Assembly: GCA_045642105.1 (NCBI GenBank)
Contig: JAZUII010000013.1
Location: 11,669 to 75,668 of the forward strand
From: Anaerovoracaceae bacterium
GTDB taxonomy: Bacteria; Bacillota; Clostridia; Peptostreptococcales; Anaerovoracaceae
Direction of reading: 5' to 3'
Length of the DNA: 64,000 nucleotides
Made by a program: the position numbers and the translations under genes. The notes under the pieces were generated by a model. That model was not told where the DNA came from. It did no database searches and saw only the letters and a program-made list of their open reading frames with translations. This document shows, piece after piece, positions 52,031 to 61,031 of the stretch; position 1 is the first letter of the stretch; every line of letters starts with the position of its first letter.

Positions 52031-53553
52031 TGAAAAATGCTGTTATTTACGCAAGATACAGTTCTGAAAAACAAAATGAAATGTCTATTGAAGGTCAGCT
52101 TGCAGAATGTCATCGCTACGCTGCTGAAAATGACCTTCTTGTTGTGCGTGAATATATCGACCGTGCTCAAAGTGCCAAAACCGACAGACGACCTGAGTTT
52201 CTTCATATGATAGCAGACAGTGACTGGGGTAATTTCGAAGTAATTCTTGTTTATCAGCTAGACCGTTTTGCAAGAAGCATGAATGATTCCGGATACTACA
52301 GGAAGATTCTTGCTGGAAATGGTGTTAGGGTTGTTTCAGCAAAAGAAAACATTGCAACCGATAGTTCAGGAGTAATGACCGAGGGAATGCTGATTACAAT
52401 GGGGCAATGGTTCAGCGCTCAATTATCTGAGAAGGTTACCCGTGGAATGCTGCAGCGAGCAGAGCAGTGTAAATACAACGGGGGTCATATGCCTTTCGGA
52501 TATGCAGTTGACAGCAATCAGCATTACATACTAGATGAAGTAAACGCCCCAATAGCTCGAGAAATATTTGAACGAGTATCCGAAAGGGAGCCGATAACTT
52601 CAATTATGAAGGATCTCAACGAGCGAGGAGTTAAGACTTCTCGCGGGAATGAATTCCATCGCGGCTCACTACAAAATTTGCTACGTAATGAAATCTATAA
52701 AGGCGTTTATAGCTATGCCGATATACGCATTCCCGATGGCGTTCCTCGAATTGTAAGTGATGAACTATTTGATGAAGTTCAGCAAATTATAGTAAAACGC
52801 CAACATACTCGGCGACCGGCAATTGAGGACTATATTCTTTCAGGAAAACTATATTGTGGTCACTGCAACAGTTTGATGGATGGTGTATCAGGAACATCCA
52901 GCACCGGGAAAACTTACAGATACTACAAGTGCATGACTAAATCTTGTAAAAAGAAAAACATACGAAAAGATTTGCTCGAACAAAATGTTCTGACAGTTTG
53001 CAGGGAACTGCTATCGGATGAAGCAATTTCTATGATAATCAAAGGAGTTGAAGAGCAGAACCGCAAGGATCAGGAAAGTGCTTCCATCATCAATATTCGC
53101 AAAGACATAAAAGAAACCGAAAAGAAAATCGAAGTACTGCTCGACCAGCTTGAAACAGGATATAACTCCTCTAGTATTGCGGAGCGATTAAATAAAAGGG
53201 AAAAAGAACTGGAGGAACTTAATAGACAATTGCGGAAAGAGCAAGCGAAACAGAAGACTATAGACCCTGCAGTTACCAAAAGTTTCCTTCTTTCTATCAG
53301 AGATGGAAGCATAAAAGATCTCGACTATCAAAAGCTTTTAATAAATACTCTGATTGATAGGATTTATCTGTATGATGATCATTTCAGAATACAGCTTACA
53401 CATTCCGGACGGAAAGGGGAAACTTCAAATCGGGGCGCATTAGAAATTGAACGCTATTTCTCAAACACACCTGAAGTCCGTTCTAAATTGCAAAATTTTG
53501 GGACACCAAAAAGAAATCGACATCCTCGATGTCGGTTTCTTTTTTTGTCTTGA
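52030..53553 (+). CDS. large serine recombinase (integrase)
   Basis: Resolvase N-domain AVIYARYSSEKQ...LVYQLDRFARS, recombinase domain, zinc ribbon CGHCNS...YYKCMTKSC, coiled coil. The ATG overlaps the toxin stop (TAATG). Confidence 0.9.
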   Translation: MKNAVIYARYSSEKQNEMSIEGQLAECHRYAAENDLLVVREYIDRAQSAKTDRRPEFLHMIADSDWGNFEVILVYQLDRFARSMNDSGYYRKILAGNGVRVVSAKENIATDSSGVMTEGMLITMGQWFSAQLSEKVTRGMLQRAEQCKYNGGHMPFGYAVDSNQHYILDEVNAPIAREIFERVSEREPITSIMKDLNERGVKTSRGNEFHRGSLQNLLRNEIYKGVYSYADIRIPDGVPRIVSDELFDEVQQIIVKRQHTRRPAIEDYILSGKLYCGHCNSLMDGVSGTSSTGKTYRYYKCMTKSCKKKNIRKDLLEQNVLTVCRELLSDEAISMIIKGVEEQNRKDQESASIINIRKDIKETEKKIEVLLDQLETGYNSSSIAERLNKREKELEELNRQLRKEQAKQKTIDPAVTKSFLLSIRDGSIKDLDYQKLLINTLIDRIYLYDDHFRIQLTHSGRKGETSNRGALEIERYFSNTPEVRSKLQNFGTPKRNRHPRCRFLFLS

Positions 53554-53560
53554 TAAGGAA

Positions 53561-53606
53561 GGCACACAAAAAACGGCTTAACGCCGTTTTTTGCTTCTCA
53601 AAGCAG
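53561..53606. repeat. copy B of the 45-nt repeat (putative attR)
   Basis: ggcacacaaaaaacggcttaacgccgttttttgcttctcaaagcag. Shares its right flank (caaagcag) with copy C. Confidence 0.7.
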
Positions 53607-53751
53607 ATTATGCTATCTTTGATCCGCGTTGGGTTTGAGGTTCTATAATTGGGAACGTCCGGCACAATCGCTAAGATTCTTAACACCTGCGCCATACAAG
53701 GAATATATCTGTAATCTAAATCCTTATCCTATGCTGGCTGACTTTTTAATG

Positions 53752-55365
53752 TTATCTGGTCTTGATAGCTTTCTTATCCGACCATGAACTATAGTATTTC
53801 TTGCCATCAAGCTTCTTTACTGTTCTTACCTGAACGTAGTAAGTCCTGCCCTGCTTAAGATTCTTTACTGTCTTTTTTACAGCTGAGCTTTTTGAACTGA
53901 TTGTTACGGTCTTAGGTGAAGACATGCTCTTCATCAGGCTGTATCTTACCTGATAGCCTGATGAATATGTTGAAGTCAGCGCTGCTGCTTTTACTGTAAA
54001 TGCCTTAGTGCCCTTAGTAAGTGATGCTACTTTTGTAGGCTTAACCTTGATTGTGTAGCTCTTTGACAGGGTTCCGGTATAGTTCCCCTTGCCCTTTACT
54101 GTAATTTTATATGTGCCTGGCTTTGCAGCCTTTTTTGTACCGCTTACTGTATAGTTTGCTGAGCTTACAGTTTTTCCATTGACATCCTTTACTGTTATTG
54201 AAGGGCCCTGTGACTTTCCTGTGCAGTAATATGAAGTCTTGCTGAGCGAAAGGCTCTTCAACGCTACAGTTTCAGGCTTATATATATGCATATACTTATA
54301 TACATTCATATAGTCAGCAGGCTTGAAGGTCTCCGTATTGCTTCCGTCCATATTTCTGCTTGCAACGATTTTCATATCTGAAGAAATATCTGTTCCCAGT
54401 ACAAGTTCTTCGAATACATCTTCACCTACTGCTTTAAGCATTGGAGCAAACATGTCTTCAGTTCCAGACACTTTTAAAGTAATGTCGCCGCCCTTAATAT
54501 TATAATTGCCCAGCACCATTATGCCCAGAATATCTGTTTCACTGGTGAGGGTACCTCCTGTTACATTTAAGGTGCCATTAATCTGCATTCCGCTGAAACC
54601 GCCGTTAATATTCATCTTGCCGCCTGAAATATTAAATACACCAGGTTCAGCCTCTTCGTCTAAGTCAGAAAAGATTGCCAAACCATATTCACCAGTTGAT
54701 GTAAAATTGATAATTCCTCCGCTGATGTCAAAGTTCTTACATTCAATACCACAGTTACGGTATGCGATGCTTAATGTTCCTGACTTCTGCATGAATGATT
54801 CTGTTTTAATACCGCCATCACAGCCTTCGATTGTTAATGAACCGGAGTTTGTAAATTCTTTTGTAGCGAAAAGAACATCATTTGGACGGGCATAAGCCTT
54901 GATTGATATATTTCCGCTATTTGTGATATAGTCACCATAAATTACAGGATCGTCAGTTTCAGACTCAATTGAAAGCGTTCCGTCACCTGTGATAGTAAGG
55001 CGTGAATTGCTGTCGTTGCTATCAACTGCAATCCCCAGCTCTCTTTTTACTGTGATTTTACTATCACTCTTTACATTAATTGTTAATGGAGTGGCATCTC
55101 GTGACTGATCACACCATACTGCCATATCGTTGTCATCGGATAGATCAGCACCGTCAAGAGTAAGCACATTTGCCTCCTTATCATATGCTACTGTTCCATC
55201 ACCCAGAACATCATTGTAATTAGTACTATTAATTTCAATTCCTTCTACAAAGATGTCTGAGTTCCACTCCTGTTCTGTATCTGCAAATGCTACTGTACCT
55301 GCAGCAGGTATCACTGATATTGTTACAGCAGCAGAAAGCAGAACGCTTAATAATTTTGTTCTCAT
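53752..55365 (-). CDS. secreted repeat protein with Ig-like GNYTG module and C-terminal FN3-like module
   Basis: GGAGGG RBS before ATG 55365. Signal peptide MRTKLLSVLLSAAVTISVIPAAGTVAFA. Repetitive beta-rich middle. ...KGKGNYTGTLSKSYTIKV... GYQVRYSL...RTYYVQVRTV...YYSSWS. Confidence 0.75.
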   Translation of the reverse strand: MRTKLLSVLLSAAVTISVIPAAGTVAFADTEQEWNSDIFVEGIEINSTNYNDVLGDGTVAYDKEANVLTLDGADLSDDNDMAVWCDQSRDATPLTINVKSDSKITVKRELGIAVDSNDSNSRLTITGDGTLSIESETDDPVIYGDYITNSGNISIKAYARPNDVLFATKEFTNSGSLTIEGCDGGIKTESFMQKSGTLSIAYRNCGIECKNFDISGGIINFTSTGEYGLAIFSDLDEEAEPGVFNISGGKMNINGGFSGMQINGTLNVTGGTLTSETDILGIMVLGNYNIKGGDITLKVSGTEDMFAPMLKAVGEDVFEELVLGTDISSDMKIVASRNMDGSNTETFKPADYMNVYKYMHIYKPETVALKSLSLSKTSYYCTGKSQGPSITVKDVNGKTVSSANYTVSGTKKAAKPGTYKITVKGKGNYTGTLSKSYTIKVKPTKVASLTKGTKAFTVKAAALTSTYSSGYQVRYSLMKSMSSPKTVTISSKSSAVKKTVKNLKQGRTYYVQVRTVKKLDGKKYYSSWSDKKAIKTR

Positions 55366-55470
55366 TCTGTATCCCTCCATAAATAATTAATACATTTTCA
55401 ATTAAATTAATCGTATCAAACGGAGGGGGACAAGAAGGGGACAAGCAGGGAAGGCATAAGAAAGTGGAAT

Positions 55471-55536
55471 TCTGGTTCAAATAAGGCACACAAAAACGGC
55501 TTAACGCCGTTTTTGTTTTTTCCTTTTCAAAGCAGC
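55471..55536. repeat. copy C of the 45-nt repeat (unoccupied attB-like paralogue and terminator)
   Basis: tctggttcaaataaggcacacaaaaacggcttaacgccgtttttg...ttcaaagcag combines the left flank of A with the right flank of B. Confidence 0.65.
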
Positions 55537-55561
55537 TTCTGCTTTCTTTAATACTTTGAGC

Positions 55562-58500
55562 TTAGTCAAGCTTCTTTCTTCTGCTGCCTACCAGAATTCC
55601 AGCAAGCGCACCACCACTTACAAGCATCAGCATCAAGTATAATGCCGGGTTACTGTTATCTCCAGTATCAGATCCTGAAGGTTTCGATGGGTCGTCCTGC
55701 CCACCGGATATCTTCGTCCACTTTGCATAAATTGTTGTATCTTCTGTGATTGCAGTGTTGAAGTCAAATATGGTCGACAGCTTCTCGTCTGCATACCAAC
55801 CATCAAAACGCCAGCCTTTTTCAACAGGATCGCTCGGTCTCTTTACTCTGCATCCTTCTTTTACAGTCTGATTTTCGATCTTCTTTCCGTGATCATTCAT
55901 GTTGAAATCAACTTTGTGTTTTTCCGGAACCGGATCGCTGTGAGTAATCTTAAATGGTGCCTTGATTCTATCAAAGGCTTGTCCATCCTTGTCTTTCAAC
56001 TCACCAAGTATCAGCTCTGCCTCGTATTCACCCACTTTCACAGGTGGGTCAATTTCTTCGCCATCCTGCAAATAGATGATATCGTTCCTTTTAAGGCCAG
56101 TTGCTTTAAAGAATTCCTCTGCACCTTCCAGCGATGCCCCATTATATGGTTTGCCTGTATATTTGCTGTTTTCGGCTTTGATAGTCATAGACACGCTATG
56201 CGCAGGGTCAGTGCAGCCCTTGATTCCACATGCCGCTGTTATTGTTCTTCCGTCATCAGACAGCGTGTACTTCCAGTCGCCGTGTTCTTTAGCATTGTTC
56301 ACTATTGCTGTGCCACAATTGATCATCTCGTAGTGATCTGGCTCATCTGCTTCGATGCTGTAGCTGTAGTCGCTTTGAACGGCAACAGATGGAACGGTGA
56401 ATTTGTAGATCCACTTTCCATTTTTATCCGGCTTGACTACAACTCTATCCTTAACAACCGGGTCTTCACCCTCTGCTGTCTCAAGTAAGCGAACCTCCAT
56501 GCTGTCAGGACGGCTGCAGGCTTTTCCATTATTGTCGTTCCATTCGATCTCACCCTGCAGCGTCTGAGTAAGGCCGTAGTATGTATTGAAGAATGTAAAT
56601 TCCGGAGTTATGTCAGTTTTTGCGGTCAGCTTCGCTTTTTCGTTCTCTGTAACTGTAACGGTAAGCTTATACTCCTCATCATCATAGACCCAGCCATTTG
56701 CATTTGCAGGGCGTTGTGAAATGCTGTAGTGATAGATTCCCGCCTTGTCGAACTTCAAATGGAATGTATCATTACCGTCATCAATAATCTCTACCTGCTG
56801 TTTATCATCACCTGTAATGTCATATATGAAGTGCATGTCTTTTGGAACTGTCGACTCTTCACTGAGATTAACAACTTCTGATACAACCTTGACATCACAG
56901 CTTGTAGGTTCGGGAACGTAATTATATGTTTCATGCAGAACCGTTTCTTCAATCTTACCGCAGGTCAGTTCGCTTGCTACATCATCCCATGTAACATCTA
57001 TTCTTACCTCATGGCCTTTGGTATCATACTCCCAGTCAGCACCGTCTCCAGCCTTCTGATGCAGCGTATATGTATATGAGCCGGCACGATCAAAATTCAG
57101 GTCAATCGTCTGCACATCACTTTCTGCTGAGCCGGCAGGCATCGTGCATTTCGCTGTATCAATTGTCTTGCCTGAATCATCTTTCAGTTCGACTTCAAAA
57201 ATCTCGTCAGGATGATATTTGCCCGAATCAATCTTGATGCTGAATGGCACCTTTACCTTCGCAGTTGAATTTAATGTGTTTCTAACATTCTGCTCCCATA
57301 CACCACCATCACTGATATACTGTGGATCATTCACAGTTTGGGTTTTGAAGCCGGCCAGCTTTTCCTGGTCTACGCCATAGTACATAATATTATTCGTTGG
57401 CAGACCATTTTTAAATGCCACATACGGCATATCCTCAAATACGAAGTTTTCTCCATCCCACACCGGTTCAACTGATGTCGGCATGTATGTTCTGCCGCTG
57501 TCAGAAGATTGCATCAGTGTCAGCTTAGGATGGTCGGTTATCCAGTCCGGACGATCCATTGTTTTATCGTTCTTCGTCTTCCAGCTTACCGTTCCCGAGA
57601 GACTCGTTATCGGATATACATAAATATCATTGCCATCCATGATAGCAGCATAGGTATTCTTGTCTAACGGATTCTCCATCTTGTTGGAAACAGTTACTGT
57701 GTATTCATACGGTTCATTGTTCTCATCATATGGTTCCAGATCCGTAAATTCATAAGTTCTACGAGCCTTTGAAATCTCTTCTCTGTCGAATTCTTCTCCG
57801 TTTCGAAGAAGAACAGCTTCGACCTTAGGCAGTTTTCGTCCCAGTGACGAATAATACCAGGTCACATTGCCTGAAATGCTTGTCTCTGAATTAGAGAAAA
57901 TATCAATAACCAGTGAAGATCCGTCACCGGAAAGCTTTGCTGCGGACGCCTTGTATCCGAGTGGAACATTCACAACAGCAGCCGTGAAGCTATCCTTTTT
58001 CTGAGTTCCTTCACCCGCTGACTCTGGTGCAAATTTAACATGCCAGTTCCGTCTTGCAGATGTCATCTCGCTCTGCACAACTGTCCTTGCGCCTGTATCT
58101 CCATTTATCCTAAGCAGCTGCACCCTTGCCGTTTCAGGTCTTTGATCCTCGGTATCGCCAATCCAGTTGAGCTGCACGTCCATGTATGCACTGCGTGTCA
58201 GCACAGCATTCATGCCATCAACTTCTACATCGTATCCCTTTATCTCAGGAATGCTTAAAGTCCAGTCTATCTTTTCACCGGATTCGTAGACCGGCACCTT
58301 TCCGCCGTATACATCAACGACGCCATCGTCCCACCAGTGTGAATAGTCATATTTCAGTTCAGCATAGTCAGCACCCGGGCTGCCCTCAATTACAGCCTGC
58401 GCTATCATTTCCTGCCAGAACTTACTATTCTCACTTGGTCTGTCCGCGCCATCTCCGTCTACAAACTTAACAGATCCTATCAGTTCTTTCAGTTCTCCTG

Positions 58501-60160
58501 CAGAATGGAATGTTATCTCCCAGCTGTCCGTGCCGGTTCTTTTGATATCCTTGTCAGGGTCAAAACTGATGTCATCAGGAATGCACTCAGGGTCAACCGT
58601 AAGGGTATAATCCATCGGCTGTAGTCTGTCTGCAAAATATGAAACGACCTGCGACGTTGTAGTTCTATCGGAATTAACTACTACTTCCTGTCCTTTTAAC
58701 GTATACGGTTCACCATCCTCAGGTGTTAAATCGTATACAAGCTTCAGCCATCTCGGATATTTATGGTATGGCAGGTGGTCCCAGTTTATTGTTATATTAA
58801 CCTTTCTTGAAGGTGGTTTAACCTTGATTTCAAAGTCAGTATCTCCGCGTTTGGTCACCTCTGCATGAATGCCCTTTTGCTGTTCGTCAATAACAACCTT
58901 GTATTGCGTATCAAACAGCTCGTAGAACGGAACTTCATGTATAGTAACCGTGTCGCCCTTTATCTCTACATCTTTTTTCTCCGGAGTATACTCCGCCCAG
59001 TTGGTATGATCGTCCATGCTCTCCACATGATACTTTACTGTATCCGGATCAAACTCTCCGCCACCCAGCCAAGTATATTTAATTGTAAGGTCCTTTTTCG
59101 CATTGTCCGCATCAAAAATATTGGTCTGGATTACTTTGTCTATCATTTTCTCTGTCGGGAAATCCATCAGAATCCAGCCATATCTGTTGCCGCGAACGAA
59201 TGGATAGTTCTCGACCCATGGATTAATGGCTTCAGCAACCGCAGACGGACGTCCTCTAGGGTCAGGCGCCGTGTTACTGCTGGTATGAACCAGCTTAACA
59301 CGTGGCTCATCCCATGAGTCATCGTTGTCTTTGTCTGCACCAAAGGTAGTCTTGTATGGTAAAAGCTTCTGCTTGGTATAGCTGCGATCAAAGGTTTCCG
59401 AAAGCCAGATTTTCTTCCAGCTAGCCATGACATCGCAATGATCCTCGAATTTTGTGTAAGTTTTCTGGTCTGTACCGTGATCCTTTTCGTTAGTCAGGAA
59501 GACGATTCTGCCCCGTACATCGTGCAGTGTTGGAATTTTATCTCCCTGCGCATAGAAAACGTACGGCACGTCGCCGTGATTTCTCTCATATTCCTCTTTA
59601 CAGTGTTTGCGGAAATCAGATAATGCGTCCATGGTTGCCTGGTCCCACGGTCCCGGCAATCCGCCTTCTTCCTGGAGCTTTATTACAACGACCTCCTTAT
59701 CATGATCCTTTAGAAAGTCCGTCGTCCATTCAATGATATCCGCAAGACTCATGTTTTCCGCAGTAATCATAGATCTCGAATCCGATTTAAGCATTACAAT
59801 CGGGCCGTGGTAAACATACAGCCTTTCCCATGTTGAAGTGGTTCCTGTATTCCTTTCATTCCATACATCTAATGGAATATTAAGTCTTACATCCAGTACA
59901 CGTATTCCATTCTCAAGCTGTTCCTTGATTGTCCAATCCTGTGCACGTGCAAAAGGCTCACTTGCAAGTGAGCTGCAATACCTCGTTCCACTATCATGCG
60001 TTCCCGGCATGTTGATTTCGTTAATCAGCATATCGTCCGGGAGATAACTCATCCAGTTTCCATAGTCATATGGCGGCACATCTGCAAATACAGCAGTGCT
60101 GCCACCTGCTATTAACAGGCATGCCATTACTATGGTCATCAATGTCAGTTTCTTTCTCAT
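55562..60160 (-). CDS. wall-anchored multidomain protein: PI-PLC-like phosphodiesterase, CnaB and pilin-isopeptide domains, Listeria-Bacteroides repeat, sorting signal
   Basis: Signal peptide. NWMSYLPDDMLINEINMPGTHDSGT...GIRVLDVRL...YHGP parallels Bacillus PI-PLC. Several CnaB-like (W..RP..v.v.L) and FctA-like (YTYTLHQKAGDGADWEYD) modules. GWRFDGWYAD repeat. C-terminal SDTGD, then TM, then SRRKKLD. Confidence 0.8.
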   Translation of the reverse strand: MRKKLTLMTIVMACLLIAGGSTAVFADVPPYDYGNWMSYLPDDMLINEINMPGTHDSGTRYCSSLASEPFARAQDWTIKEQLENGIRVLDVRLNIPLDVWNERNTGTTSTWERLYVYHGPIVMLKSDSRSMITAENMSLADIIEWTTDFLKDHDKEVVVIKLQEEGGLPGPWDQATMDALSDFRKHCKEEYERNHGDVPYVFYAQGDKIPTLHDVRGRIVFLTNEKDHGTDQKTYTKFEDHCDVMASWKKIWLSETFDRSYTKQKLLPYKTTFGADKDNDDSWDEPRVKLVHTSSNTAPDPRGRPSAVAEAINPWVENYPFVRGNRYGWILMDFPTEKMIDKVIQTNIFDADNAKKDLTIKYTWLGGGEFDPDTVKYHVESMDDHTNWAEYTPEKKDVEIKGDTVTIHEVPFYELFDTQYKVVIDEQQKGIHAEVTKRGDTDFEIKVKPPSRKVNITINWDHLPYHKYPRWLKLVYDLTPEDGEPYTLKGQEVVVNSDRTTTSQVVSYFADRLQPMDYTLTVDPECIPDDISFDPDKDIKRTGTDSWEITFHSAGELKELIGSVKFVDGDGADRPSENSKFWQEMIAQAVIEGSPGADYAELKYDYSHWWDDGVVDVYGGKVPVYESGEKIDWTLSIPEIKGYDVEVDGMNAVLTRSAYMDVQLNWIGDTEDQRPETARVQLLRINGDTGARTVVQSEMTSARRNWHVKFAPESAGEGTQKKDSFTAAVVNVPLGYKASAAKLSGDGSSLVIDIFSNSETSISGNVTWYYSSLGRKLPKVEAVLLRNGEEFDREEISKARRTYEFTDLEPYDENNEPYEYTVTVSNKMENPLDKNTYAAIMDGNDIYVYPITSLSGTVSWKTKNDKTMDRPDWITDHPKLTLMQSSDSGRTYMPTSVEPVWDGENFVFEDMPYVAFKNGLPTNNIMYYGVDQEKLAGFKTQTVNDPQYISDGGVWEQNVRNTLNSTAKVKVPFSIKIDSGKYHPDEIFEVELKDDSGKTIDTAKCTMPAGSAESDVQTIDLNFDRAGSYTYTLHQKAGDGADWEYDTKGHEVRIDVTWDDVASELTCGKIEETVLHETYNYVPEPTSCDVKVVSEVVNLSEESTVPKDMHFIYDITGDDKQQVEIIDDGNDTFHLKFDKAGIYHYSISQRPANANGWVYDDEEYKLTVTVTENEKAKLTAKTDITPEFTFFNTYYGLTQTLQGEIEWNDNNGKACSRPDSMEVRLLETAEGEDPVVKDRVVVKPDKNGKWIYKFTVPSVAVQSDYSYSIEADEPDHYEMINCGTAIVNNAKEHGDWKYTLSDDGRTITAACGIKGCTDPAHSVSMTIKAENSKYTGKPYNGASLEGAEEFFKATGLKRNDIIYLQDGEEIDPPVKVGEYEAELILGELKDKDGQAFDRIKAPFKITHSDPVPEKHKVDFNMNDHGKKIENQTVKEGCRVKRPSDPVEKGWRFDGWYADEKLSTIFDFNTAITEDTTIYAKWTKISGGQDDPSKPSGSDTGDNSNPALYLMLMLVSGGALAGILVGSRRKKLD

Positions 60161-60273
60161 AGCATCTCTTTTCTACCGCTAAAATACATATCTTTTTTCA
60201 AGACGCAGTTTTTCCAATAGTAACTTTCATGCTATTCTATCTTATCAAGGGTGACAAAAAGGGCCCACATCCC

Positions 60274-61026
60274 CTATAGCAATTCACTCCAGGTGTATTG
60301 CTTCATATACTCTCCTTCGTATCTCCCCTTATTATTTCTGCACCATTCATAGTAATCGCACTCAGCTCCATTCACCTGAATGCTTAAACCTGCACGGTGT
60401 CTCAGAACTATGTCGGGACAGCCGTATTTATCCAGTGTTTCAAGCAGGTCTTTTCTCAGCTTCTTTAAATAGGAATCATGATCCATATCATCTTCCCACA
60501 AATATGCAATTAATTCTCTGTTCGAACACACAGCACCTTTTGCATGGACCAGATATGCAAGGAGTTCTTTTGTTTTGCTTCTTTTAAACTCAATCGGCTT
60601 CCCATCCACAAATGCTTCAAAGTAACCAAAGCACTGGAAAAATATTTTTTTCTCGCTCTCGCTGCTTATCGGGCGGCGCAGATGCTGCAGTTCTCTTGTT
60701 ATCTGTTCCGCATCGACAGGTTTTGTGATATAGCCGTTGCACCTCACTTCTCTGAATGCTTCGGATATGTAATCATCATATCCGGTACAGAAAATAACGT
60801 TGACTTCCGGTTGAATCTTCATTAATTCTTTTGCGAGCTCCAGCCCATCCATGCCTCTCATTCTTATATCAAGAAATGCAGCATCAAGCTTATTATCCTG
60901 CGCAAATTCAAGCGCCTCCGAGCCTTTTCGAAAGCTGTATATCTCTGCATTCGGTGATGCTTCCTCAATTGCACTTACAAGAGCTCCAAGCATCAGCTTT
61001 TCATCATCTACTGCCAGTATTTTCAT
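60274..61026 (-). CDS. response regulator: REC domain plus SARP/OmpR-like winged-helix domain
   Basis: KILAVDDE...AAFLDIRMRGMDG receiver. C-terminal FFQCFGYFEAFVDGKPIEFKRSKTKELLAYLV. ATG 61026 has better RBS spacing than 61032. Confidence 0.75.
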   Translation of the reverse strand: MKILAVDDEKLMLGALVSAIEEASPNAEIYSFRKGSEALEFAQDNKLDAAFLDIRMRGMDGLELAKELMKIQPEVNVIFCTGYDDYISEAFREVRCNGYITKPVDAEQITRELQHLRRPISSESEKKIFFQCFGYFEAFVDGKPIEFKRSKTKELLAYLVHAKGAVCSNRELIAYLWEDDMDHDSYLKKLRKDLLETLDKYGCPDIVLRHRAGLSIQVNGAECDYYEWCRNNKGRYEGEYMKQYTWSELL

Positions 61027-61031
61027 CTGCA

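Larger units (their letters stand above)
42434..53606. mobile_element. integrative mobilizable element (about 11 kb) carrying a bacteriocin locus
   Basis: Bracketed by repeat copies A and B next to tRNA-Arg. Carries a large serine recombinase, a MobV relaxase, a RepA-like ATPase and a TA pair. Visibly more AT-rich than the flanks. No conjugation or phage structural genes. Confidence 0.7.

Noticed and set aside
42434-53606. The element considered as a prophage or a full ICE
   Set aside because: There are no capsid, tail, terminase or lysis genes. There is also no type IV secretion or coupling protein. Only a relaxase and oriT-like DNA are present, so it is classed as a mobilizable element.
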